A stretch of DNA of 64,000 nucleotides, taken from assembly GCA_964106645.2 (NCBI GenBank), contig OZ067039.1, one strand, 5' to 3'. Shown one piece after another: positions 37,911 to 49,030 of this stretch (its first letter is position 1; every line of letters begins with the position of its first letter). Under the pieces are notes generated by a model that worked only from the letters and a program-made list of their open reading frames with translations, searched no databases and was not told the origin of the DNA. The position numbers and the translations under genes are program-made. The DNA is from Podarcis pityusensis (lineage: Eukaryota).

Positions 37911-38924
37911 GTAGGGCTGGCCATAATAAATGGAACATTTCATCAGGCTCATTGCAGTTGCAAGCCTTGCGAGCTCATTAAAAGCTCATCAAGAGGGGCT
38001 GACAATAAAATACTCCTGGACAATGCTGCAAAGAGCAAGGGAAAAGGTTTCCGAACGTGCCTTTTTTAGGTTTCATTCAGGGATGGGTAGTTTGTGAAAG
38101 GTAAACTCCCTGGCTGTGATCCGGACCTGCCATTCAGGAAGTCCTCCGTTCTCTTCAGTGCTTGCACAGAGCTCTGGGAAAGGAATAGTACCATTTAAAG
38201 GATTGCACTAACAAATGCATCTCTGTGTGCACCATGGATCTGAATTGAGGAGGCTTGTTGAGCCACAGGCCGTTCAAAGTATGATATTGTGTGTATGCAG
38301 CCTCTTCTGACCAGGTGTTAACTAGACTGAAGGGGCAACAAGGATACAGCAGGGCTCCAGAGCTGTCTTCCCCAAAATCCCACACGTTTTCTGAGCCCCT
38401 CATGGAGAACTCAGGAAGATAAAAGTTCTCTATTGTTTCCATGAATATGAAAGACTCCCCACTCCAGAAGCTCATTGCATGAGAGGTTGAGAGAATTTGT
38501 GTGGCTCCAGGGACAACACCTGTAAAAGGCTCTGGGCTGCCTCAAGGAAGCAGGGAAGAGCTCAGTCCTAGCTGTGGCACCAGTGGGCCCCCAGTTCTTC
38601 TTCTTCCTGCCCAATTGTGCAGTAAGCCCCTACTGCCTGCATATCAGCTCTGAGCCATAGGCATCAGACAGAGGAGAGCCAAGTGGCAAGGGAGCTGAGA
38701 GACAGCCTGTTGTAGCTCAGGCAAAGTTTTCTCATCCCAAATCGGAAGCCTTCTGGAGTTCTTCCTGTCCAGGAAGATCCAATAGCCAATCAGGGTAGGT
38801 AGTCCGGAGCCTGAAAATGCATTGCTACCCAGATGTTTTGGACTACAACTCCCATCATCCCATCCAGTCTGGGGCTGATGGGAGTTGGAGTAAAAACATA
38901 TGGAAAGTGCAATACCTCAAGAGT

Positions 38925-39261
38925 GGCCTCTCCCCATATGAACTGACCCGGACCCTGTGATCATCATCTGAGGCCCTTCATGTGCCTCCTCCACAAGAGG
39001 TCCACTGGGCAACAACATGAGAACAGGCCTTTTCTGTGATGGTTTCTTGCTTGTGGAAGTTTCTCCCCAGGGAGGTTCATCTGACACCTTTGTTACATAT
39101 GTTTAGGTGCTAGACAAAAGCATTCTTCTTCTCCCAGGCCTTTTAGATGGGGGAGGATTGTTTTTGTTTGTTAATATGTATTGTGCTGTATATTTTGTGC
39201 TTTTATATTGTAAACCGCCCTGTGACCCTCTGATGAAGGATGGTATGGAAATAATAATAAT
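38925..39261 (+). mobile_element. L2 LINE 3' fragment
   Basis: gatcatcatctgaggccctt...gaacaggccttttctgtg...aaaccgccctgtgaccctctgatgaaggatggtatggaaataataataat. Confidence 0.7.
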
Positions 39262-40435
39262 TTGGCGAAAGCTGTTGTAAACCATAGTTCTGGTAGCTCA
39301 CTGCACCAGTGACTGGCACAGAAGCCTGAAGATTACCGGATTCTGGTAATGGCTCTTGGCATTTGTGGCATCCATGCCTCAGGCTGGCCCCTTGTCTTAA
39401 CTCTGCTGTGGATCTGGATGCCCATCTACCTATGAGAGAGCAGTATAAGCAAAACAGAAGTGCAGTGCAAAAGCTTTTTTGTAGAACATTGTTTTCCAGA
39501 TCCTTGCCTTTCTATTGTGGGTCTTATATTGATAAGAGATAGTAGTGCAGATGGTTTAAAGGGCAGAAAAGGAAACGTACTTTTATAGCATACATTTCTG
39601 TTGTACCAAAAAAGAGTCTTTGGAATTTCCTCTCCGAAGGCTTGTAGATTCTCAAACAAATTAGATACCTGACCACAGAGAATAGATTGCATCTCTGAGT
39701 GGGAACCATGTGGGCTTTATCCTATTGATCTCTTGCCAGGCCTCCAAGTCACCTGTACTGCAGTTTCATGAATGCTTTAGAAAACAGAGGAAATGTCTTC
39801 CAGCCATTTGTCCATGCTATACATTATATAGTAGTAGTCCTCCATGTGTGACCGTGTTATATGGAGAAGATAAGCCCAATGCGGTATTATTTCCATCACA
39901 TAAAATATTAACATGCCAAAATATGCAACAATGAATTATGCCAAGTGGGTCATTATGACCCCTATTAACACATTCTTGTATTTCCTTGCACTCAGCAGCT
40001 CTACAGGCGCCCAAACTATCAGTAAGGGCAGTCCGTTCCCACCCCCCATGCACACAGTTGACTTTCATTTTTGAGCCTCCTTCTCGGTGAGCCCATGGGC
40101 ATGTTCAGATCTTGGCTGGAAAATGAAGCAGCTGGAAGAACCACTCTGACCTTGGTGGGGCTTGCATTTGAGCTTGCCAGAGAATGCACGGGTTACTGCA
40201 CCCCTAAACACACAAATAGATACAGTCCATTGCTCCTGGCACAGTAAAAGTGAAATGGCACTGAAGTGGCTGGTTGAGCAATAAATGCAACCACCAAGGT
40301 TTTGGAAACAAGACTGAATTGTTTCTAGAGCACGGACTAAAAATGCCAGGAGAAATGGTATATATTTTCTCTTGCACTTTCCTAACTTTGTGTGTGGGAC
40401 AGATTTCATGGCCTGCTTTTTGTTTATCTGCACAG

Positions 40436-40503
40436 TTTAGGTGTGGCTCTCTCTAGAGGACACGGCAAATATTTCTTCAGAGGAAACGTGACCATAGAAG
40501 AAG
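40436..40503 (+). CDS. CACNA2D3: CACNA2D3 internal exon (68 nt, phase 2/1)
   Basis: tgcacag|T TTA...GAA G|gtagca; LGVALSRGHGKYFFRGNVTIEE. Confidence 0.96.
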
Positions 40504-42136
40504 GTAGCATTTGCACAGCAAATCAGATTTCCTAGGCATTTGTTCAACTGTTGCATGATAATGGGGCTTAAGGCATGGAGGTCTCTCAAGCAGTTTTTCT
40601 GCTCTATTGCCCAGTGACCTTGTGCATGTTTTGGACGTGTGTGTGTGAGAGAGAGAGAGAGAGTGCATGCACACATATCTAATTGGATGAAAGATATATG
40701 TGAGAGATTTATGGGGACAGTGCCCACAACAAAGATTCATTGTAACATAGAATGGCTGCATCATTTTATCCCTCACTTTGTGGGCATCTTTGTGCTAGAT
40801 TTGTGGTTTTAATTGATTAGGCCTGTTAGGTGGATCGGACCGCAGAGCTATGCAGCCACCTTGCTTCCCAGCAAGACAACCCCCACCCTATCTGTGCCAA
40901 TTTGTGTTTTTCATGGTCAAAACATCATCATCAGAGTAGCAGATCCCCTACTTTTACTATTTGAATTATACCTGTATGCCTGTTAACCACAGTTGTGGGA
41001 CTCTTGAATGTTTCAGAGCCAAAACATACAAAAGAACCTGGGTCCTGCTGTTCAGACAATGATAGCTGAGGTTAAGATAGAGTTTTCATTCCCCTGTAGT
41101 TACTCTTGATAGATAGTTCCAGCCTAAACCACACATTCTGCATGCAGAATTTCCTTGGTTCAGCCCTTGGCATCTCCAGTTAAGAGGATCTGGATGCAGG
41201 TAATGTGAAGGACCTCTTTCTGAAACTGCCTGCCAGAGTGGACAGCATAGGGTCTTCTATAAGGCAGCTTCCTATGTTCCTGTATAAACAATTACCCAAG
41301 CCTACATTGGTCATCTTCATTTTGTATTAAAGATTCTGTTTTGTCATCTCAGTCAGTAGAGCTTGAGACTCATAATCTCAGCATCCTTTTCCATTCCTAT
41401 CCTCAGCTACTTGCCTTTTTGATTATCTCTCATACCCACCTCCTATGCTTTTTTATGCTTGTGCGTCTTCATGAGTTTTGTTTTTTAAAAAAAACTTTTT
41501 AAAAATACAGACAGCAGTAACAAAAGAGCATATGTAACAGTACCACAAGGTCACTAAAGGAATAGAGAACACACGGGGCTATTTCCCAACACTGCAGCTT
41601 CACTGGTGCAACCGACTAACGTGCATGCGATGGAACTTCCTTTTCCTTTCCTGTCCCCTCCAGCTCCCTGCACACTCACAAAAGTATATTTGGGTGGTGT
41701 ACTAGGAGAGGAAAGGGAAAGGAAGTCCCGCCGCATGCATGGAATTCCACTCACTCAGCATTGGATACAACCCACTGATTACAATCCTTAGGATATCATG
41801 CTTGTGGGACAACTAGGGTAAAAGCGCCTGTTGTCTTAACATGCTTGAAGACCAGCTTGAAGTTTGTACAGGTGTCTTCCAGCTGTCTAACCTATGTGGT
41901 CCTGTATATATAATGATATTCAGTTCCCAAGGTTTAATCAAATGCATTCCCTTGGTTCTTGCATATTTTTGAGTACTGATAGAAATACACTTGATTTAGA
42001 TTAGTTATGGTATATAACCTAGCAGTCCACTCCCTACCCCAAAGAAGGAAGAATGACTGTCATGAACTGTATACAGACACTGAACTGATACTGATAGCTT
42101 TCAGAAAATGACCCTTGTCACATATTCTGATTTCAG

Positions 42137-42182
42137 GATTGAATGATTTAGAACAGCCTGATGTATCTTTGGCAGACGAATG
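42137..42182 (+). CDS. CACNA2D3: CACNA2D3 internal exon (46 nt, phase 1/2)
   Basis: tttcag|GA...TG|gtaagt; GLNDLEQPDVSLADEW. Confidence 0.94.
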
Positions 42183-42327
42183 GTAAGTCTTCAATAAAGC
42201 ATGCTGTTGATTTGTGTTGCCCTTTTTGTTCATGTGTGGTGTGCCTGACTCCTTTTGCAGAATGACAATGGGAGATCATGCTTACAAATATTTGTTGAAA
42301 TTATTTTTAACCATGCTATGTTCTCAG

Positions 42328-42425
42328 GTCATATTGCAACACAGACTTGCATCCTGAGCACCGCCAAATGACTCAGCTGAAGGCTATTCAAAACTACCTC
42401 ATGGGGAAAGAGCCATTGCTTCCTT
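42328..42425 (+). CDS. CACNA2D3: CACNA2D3 internal exon (98 nt, phase 2/1)
   Basis: ttctcag|G TCA...CCT T|gtgagt; SYCNTDLHPEHRQMTQLKAIQNYLMGKEPLLP. Confidence 0.95.
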
Positions 42426-42589
42426 GTGAGTTGTTGATTAATTTTGATAAGTATTGCCGGCATTCCTCCAAACTGTATTTGCCTTTTACAGAATAACACA
42501 CTAGCTTCATTTTTAATGCAATACACAGGAAATGGGCAGCGTACATCATTGGTGGGGGACTGAGCTTGCTTGAACCATCAAATCAGTAG

Positions 42590-42730
42590 CTGGTCTAGGC
42601 AAGCTTTTTTCTCTCAGCCTCAGTTCCCCCATCTGTGATATTGGGGTTATAATACTGACCTACCACTGAATGGATTATAACACAATAAAGATTTGGAAGC
42701 TCTTTGAACACTACATAAACACTAAGTATC
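42590..42730 (+). mobile_element. MIR/CORE-SINE-like fragment
   Basis: ctcagcctcagttccccatctgtgatattggggttataatactgacctacc resembles the CORE domain. Confidence 0.6.
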
Positions 42731-43429
42731 TTTACTTAAGAAAGTTCCATTTGTACTGGATGTTATACAACAAACTGCTGGGTTGAAACTTTTGCTTGCA
42801 TCACTAGAAATACATTGGCATGTATTACTGAGAAAACCAAGATGGATTTTGACGTTCAGACTGTTTGATGATCATACCTGTATGTGCTTTGGTAACAAAA
42901 ACTCAACTGAGCTGTGGTTGGGATGTGAGACAGTACTGTCTGCAGCACAACCTTTCACATGAAACTGGGAATTTTCAATTGCTGGCCACAGAAAGAAAAT
43001 GTTCCATGTGTTCATCTAATTGTGTCTTCTATAGTTGGCACTGGGACAGAATATAGGTGGTGGTGGATCATAACCAGTATTGTGGAATGATGCTACCAAG
43101 CATGATAGTCCCTGGATGAAAAATAGTATGGACATATGGAACTCGTATAAGGATTAGTGCAAGGAATCCAGGAAATTTAGATTTTCATGTGCAAGAGAAA
43201 GATGCTAGCCATGGTATGTGAGATTTCCCTCCTCCCCATCTCATCTCAGATAGGTGAGATTTCCATCACTTGCGTACCTATACGTTCTTCTGGGGCCAGA
43301 GTCCGCAGTGAAGCATACAGTCTCTAACAGCAGACATGTAGCCTTCCTGCCAATATCTACTGACTCCAAGTTTACTGTCGTAAGAAGGCTGCACACATGC
43401 TCCTTATTAATGCTTTTAAAACTTTATAG

Positions 43430-43523
43430 GTGATAAAGAATTAATACAGGAAGTACTGTTTGATGCAGTGGTCAGCGCACCAATAGAAGCTTATTGGACC
43501 AGCCTTGCACTGAACAAATCAGA
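43430..43523 (+). CDS. CACNA2D3: CACNA2D3 internal exon (94 nt, phase 1/2)
   Basis: ctttatag|GT...GA|gtaagt; [32 protein letters not shown]. Confidence 0.96.
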
Positions 43524-45074
43524 GTAAGTGAACAAAGCATTGCTTATGATTCTTTTAATAATGTCTTCACTCGGTTACATCATTTATTTTTCACCAATTC
43601 ATTAATTGTTTTAAATATATGATGCACAGAAATAGTTCACCTGCCCTTATAGACTCTTCCATTTGTATCAGCGGAAAGATTTGATTCATGTATACATTCT
43701 TTAGAACCCCTTCTGTACTAGAGTAATGGGTGTTATATATTATTAAAATACTACTTCCAGAATAATGACCTAAATCATAGATTTCCAATGTGGTGTGATC
43801 CAGGTACTGTTGAAATCCATGAGCTATCAACCCAAAGCCCAATGGCCACGCTGGCTTCCCCTGATCTAGACTGTCCTCCTGGTACAGGCTTTGCTGTCCT
43901 GGCATCCTGAGAGTGCCACTACTCTCTCTTCTCAGGTGCTGCTACCAACTGTTGGCGTTTTCTAAAACTGGGGCTGTGATGTGACTTCACTTGGAGCCCT
44001 GGCATGTAGAGTTGCTAAGCTGAAACCCAGCTATTTCTCTCTTCCTTTAAACCCATTACTAAAACAAAAGATTGGGCAGCTGTGTAGCTATCCTCAGTCC
44101 TGTCATTCCCCCACAATCATCTACTACCCGCTGTAATGAGCAAGTGAGCTGTACATCAGCTGAGGAGGGAGTCTGACGACAGAGCCTGCAGCATAATGGA
44201 TGAGAGAAATGAGGACTCTCTTGTCTTCCAAGTCAGCAGCCCATTAAAGGGCCGTGGGGGGAATCTCTAGGCAGCCACCTGACAACCCTCATGGCGTCAT
44301 TTGTTCTGGAGCGGCAAAATGAAATTGCATGGACAGCATTTAATTTAATAATAATTTTAAAAAACCAAGATTGACATGCAGTGCCCCTGCTGACTTGCTC
44401 TCAGAGTGTTTTGCATAAAATCAGTGCATTAAAGCCACATTTGAGGCCATTAAAAACCAATTTTGAAAAGGGAAACTAGGAAGGGAATATAGAAGATTCA
44501 CTTAAGGGACCAATTGGGCATTGTCTAAAAGCACATGAAGAATAGTGGAGTGTCATTTCTTTTTTTTCTTTTTTCTTTTTGAAGGGTAAGCGGAACAATG
44601 AAAAACAATATCCTGGCATGACTTTGCTAGTCCTTACTCCTAAGAATGCACAGGGTTGCAGCCTTGTCCATAGAGCATCAGATTAGAGCTGGGGAAATTT
44701 CTGAGATTCCCCCCCCCCAGTACCCCTAGAAAAAGTTCACCTCACATAATTTCCCAAGAATATTCTCCACCATTAAATTAAATTAAATGGTAGCAGCCCC
44801 CTTTTCTCTGCCACCAGACCTCAGAACAATTCTGGGTCCAGGGCATTGTGCAGGATGCAAAATGGTGGCCACAATGTCAACATAGTTGCTTCTGCCATCA
44901 TGTCCAGTGCCATATATATATTAGAAATTTAGGTGAAAACAGAAGAGGCTGTGCTACAGCCACTGGTAATGGTGAACCCCACAACCACCCCCTGAAAACA
45001 CCTGCTAGGTAATTTCTTATTCCCCCACCTTGAAAAAGTGAGAGAAATGGTGCTCCCACCCATCAAAAAGTAGG

Positions 45075-45218
45075 GTGTGTTGTTGTTGTTGTTATTTTGT
45101 ACCTCACCCATCTGACTGGGTTGCCCCAGCCACTCTGGGCAGCTTCCAGCATATATAAAAACATAGTAAAACATTCAACTTTAAAAAGCTTCCTTATACA
45201 GGGCTGCCTTCAGATGTA
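45075..45218 (-). mobile_element. L2 3' end (same family as 22490-23267)
   Basis: cccatctgactgggttgccccagccactctgggcagcttcc...cagggctgccttcagatgt. Confidence 0.7.
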
Positions 45219-45505
45219 TAGGATAATTCAGATAATTTCAAGCGGCCATTTGCACACAACTATAGGTTAGGGAGATTGTGCATCTGTGTTGACTGCTTAA
45301 CTGTTTATCCTTTCAGTCTAACTCCCACTGATTAATTGGGGAAATATTTTAATTTCAGTTAAAGCTTAAGTTGATTATTGTATTTATTAAAACTGATTAA
45401 AATTGCAGTCCTGGTTTGTGCTTGCACTTCTTGTGACCTCAGAATATCTGCATACCATTTACCGTCTGGAAATGTAATTCTTCCTTGTGTGTTGCTCTCC
45501 TTCAG

Positions 45506-45601
45506 AAATTCAGACAAGGGAGTGGAAGTTGCCTTCCTTGGAACTCGGACGGGTCTTTCTCGTGTCAATTTGTTTGTGGGACCGGAACAGCTAACTAATC
45601 A
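45506..45601 (+). CDS. CACNA2D3: CACNA2D3 internal exon (96 nt, phase 2/2)
   Basis: ccttcag|A AAT...CA|gtaagt; NSDKGVEVAFLGTRTGLSRVNLFVGPEQLTNQ (seen inside ORF 45378..45605). Confidence 0.96.
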
Positions 45602-46736
45602 GTAAGTAGTATATGGCAATATAAGAAAGCAGTACCGGAAGTAGAGAACCATGCACATAATTTTATATAGTCCCTTCTTTCCCTTTCCCACTAGTTCTCT
45701 GCATTCTAGTTCAGATTCTATGTGTCAAAACAAAGGACACCTAAGCTCTGCTGGGCCAAGTGTGAGCTTCAGCTGTTGATTTAGGAAGCCCTGAACAACT
45801 TGGAGCCTGGCTATATGAGGAGATACCTTCACCTCTTTAGACCAGACTAGCCAGTATGATCTCAGAATGAGGTCCTCTTGGTTGCACTACAGTCTGCAGA
45901 AATGCATCTGGTAGCAACCAGGGAAGGCCTTCTCTGTTCCAATTTAATTTGGGAAGCTTGTACATAACAGATTGTTCATTCAATTTTCAAACTGTTTCAT
46001 CCTGCCTCATCACACAAAGAATGCAGATCTGTTTTTAGCAGGTTTAATACAGCTCATATACCCCCAAAAGGCAATGGATAGCTATCCCCTTGATTCCCCC
46101 CCCCCCACACACTTTGAATCTCCCAAGAAAAATGGTTCCTCATTTGCACCCAATTCATCATGCATTGCTAGCTACAAAATAACATTTTAAGTGAGAATGC
46201 CCAGAATCTCAAGACTACTTTACTATTATTATTTGTTATTATATTTATTTGTTGCTTCTTACACCAACCAAAGGGTCTCAAAGTAACCTACACAATCAAA
46301 ACTGAAATAACAAAAATACAAATATTGAAACCAAATATTGAAACATCAATAAAGTAAGGCCTAATGTGCTTTTCTGTTACGCTTCCTGGAAGATGTTCAT
46401 TGCTTACTTACTGGGACTACCTACAAGCTGAGGAGGAGACAGGTTTTCCAGCTCCTGTTTCTTAGCAGCAGCCATGCTTATTCACTGCAGCATGTTTATT
46501 TTATGTGCATTCTACCTGGGAAGGCATTGTAAACACAGTTGTAACCAGGCGCATGTGGGGCTGCCATCCTGACACCAGTGACTCTGGTATCTAGAGGGTA
46601 GCTTACATTATTCTAAAGTTACTTTCAGAAAAACTAAAGAAAGAAGGAAGGAAAGAAAGAAAACTTTTGTTTTTTAAGGCGCTTAAGATGTAAAAACCAA
46701 AACAAGCAAACATATTATGTTTTCTTCTGTTTCAAG

Positions 46737-46858
46737 AGACTTCTTGACAGCTGGAGACAAGGAGAATATTTTCAATGCTGATCATTTCCCGCTTTGGTAC
46801 AGAAGAGCTGCAGAACAGATACCAGGAAGCTTTGTCTACTCAATCCCTTTCAGCACAG
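46737..46858 (+). CDS. CACNA2D3: CACNA2D3 internal exon (122 nt, phase 2/1)
   Basis: tttcaag|A GAC...ACA G|gtttgt; DFLTAGDKENIFNADHFPLWYRRAAEQIPGSFVYSIPFST (WYRRA motif). Confidence 0.95.
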
Positions 46859-46965
46859 GTTTGTCATTTAATTGTGCTTTGATTCATAGCTAATTCATAC
46901 ACTCAAAACCACTTTGAGAAACACGTGAAATGTGTGGTATAAAACCTTTAAGCAAATAAAAAGAA

Positions 46966-47001
46966 GGACGGACGGACGGAAGGAAGGAAGGAAGGAAGGA
47001 A
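46966..47001. repeat. (GGAC)n(GGAA)n microsatellite
   Basis: Direct reading. Confidence 0.85.
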
Positions 47002-47473
47002 TTGCACCCATCAATCCAGATTGGTACCCAATATTTCTGCTTACTTAAAACTACAGGCAGTTAAGATTTGCAGGATTTAATTTAATATTATGCTGTAATT
47101 TCGCAGTTTCTAATTGCACTGTGCACAAAAAGAACTGTTGTTTAGCGTGAACACACAAACGTACTGGCTTCCAGGGGGGCAGCCACAGTCCTTTAAGCCC
47201 CTCCTTTGAGCTCAGCACAACCTAGCAACTAAATTAATGTGTGGCTTAGCATGTCATTCGAATGTGGGGTCATGGTTAATCTCTCCCCTCCTTAACCAAG
47301 GTTTGTTCTTGGTTACAGATTATGGTTTAGCAGGATGGAGCTTGACTACAATCTCCAGTTCAGATGACATGCAAAGCTTATTTTAATCTGCTACTGTGAA
47401 AACATACCAACAGTTGTTTAAAAATACATAGTTAGAATCTTAATTTGAATAACTGCTTCTTTTTTTATTGTAG

Positions 47474-47554
47474 AAACAGCAAACAAAAGCAATGTGGTAA
47501 CAGCAAGTACTGCCATTCAGCTTCTAGATGACAGAAAATCTCCAGTGGTAGCAG
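47474..47554 (+). CDS. CACNA2D3: CACNA2D3 internal exon (81 nt, phase 1/1; about exon 27, last one in window)
   Basis: ttattgtag|AA...GCA G|gtaaaa; ETANKSNVVTASTAIQLLDDRKSPVVA. Confidence 0.95.
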
Positions 47555-48129
47555 GTAAAAATTATTGCTCCTTTTCTATATCAATATTGTAAACAGGCTT
47601 TGCTTTCTTATGCTACTTAGACTTCCTATAAAAATTCTCACTTAAAGACTGTTTTGGAAGTAAGTTCAATGAAGTGCAACTTAATGACCTAATGTCTGGA
47701 CCATCGGAGGCCTCCTCACCTTAAAATGCTTGATTCTGAATGCCCTGAAGACACGAAAATCCTTCATTATAAGTTGGAAGGGGTTTAATTTGCAGTATTA
47801 CAAGGCAGTGTTTACCGAAATTTTAGTATGGCAAATCTGAAATCACAAACCTTTCTTATTATAAATTTTAATTAACATAGGTGGACCCTTATTAGTCATA
47901 CTTGTGTATGAAGTTAGCTGCAAATGTATATATTCAGAATAACAATATATACAACTAACTTAACAGGAACATCAATGGACAACAGTACTTCTGAAGCAGC
48001 ACTGGAGTTCACCAGTGTTTTCTACAAGCTATTTCATACTCAATGTCCTAACTTCCTGATGTTGTTGCCATCAGCCCCAACCAGCATGGCCAAGAGTCAG
48101 GGTTGATGGGCACTTATTTCTAATGTTTT

Positions 48130-49030
48130 TTGTTTTATTCCCTTAATTTATTGACCACTGTTCATCCAAGGATCAAAGGGTGGTTTACGGGATCGAAAAA
48201 CAAAAACACATAATAACAAATGAAACAATGCCTCCCCACAACACACGGTTTATAAGGCCATAGATGGTTTAATTAGCCAAAGGCCTGGGAGAAGAGAAAT
48301 GTTTTTGCCTGGTGCCTGAAGATATGTCACGAAGTCACCAGGTGAGCATCTCTGTGGAGAACATTGCACAGCGGGGAGCTCCTGCAGAAAAGAACCATTC
48401 TCATGTTGCCATCCTCTTACCTCCCATGGAGGGGGCACACAAAGAAGGGCCTCAGATGATGATAGTAGTTGCACCCGCCCTGTGAAACAGCCTCCCATCA
48501 GATGTCAAGGAAATAAACCACTATCTGACTTTTAGGAGACATCTGAAGGCAGCCCTGTACAGGGAGGTTTTTAATGTTTGATGTCTTACTGTGTTTTAAT
48601 TTGTTGGAAGCGGCCCAGAGTGATTGGGGCAACCCAGCCAGATGGGTGGCATATAAATATATTATTAGTATAACTACTACTATTACTATTACTATTACTG
48701 TTGCAGGGTCTGGGTTGGTTCATACGGGGCGAGGTGGTTTTTGAGGTATTACAGTATTTAGACATTTAAGGTTTGAATTGGGCTCAGAAACTGATTGGCA
48801 GCCAGTGCAGTCAGGCCAGGTTGGGTTTAATATGCCCAAACCATCTTGACCCTGCAAGCAGCTTGGCTGCTGAATTCTGCACCAGCTGAAGTTTCCAAAC
48901 TGTCTTCAGAGGCAGCCCTGTATGTTGCAGTAATCTAACCTAGAGATTACTAGAGCACAGAAAACAGAAGTTAGGCTATCCCTGCCCAGGTAGCTGCGCA
49001 GCTGAGCCAGCAGCCAAAGTTGGTGGAAGG
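48130..49030 (-). mobile_element. L2 LINE fragment interrupted by a second L2 3' end
   Basis: Minus-strand L2 motifs (ALVISRLDYCN, LQLVQNSAAKLL, LHWLPI) at about 48700-48960 and 3'UTR at 48130-48470. Confidence 0.75.
48475..48700 (+). mobile_element. L2 3' end nested in the opposite-strand L2
   Basis: catcagatgtcaaggaaata...gacatctgaaggcagccctg...cccagccagatgggtggcatataaat plus (TAC/TAT)n tail. Confidence 0.7.

Noticed and set aside
37450-37938. 162-aa minus-strand ORF overlapping two CACNA2D3 exons
   Set aside because: No recognisable domain; antisense shadow plus AT-rich intron.
41348-41381. tRNA-like ctcagtcagtagagcttgagactcataatctcag
   Set aside because: Only a 5' fragment with no T-arm or acceptor stem; a SINE head relic, not a tRNA gene.
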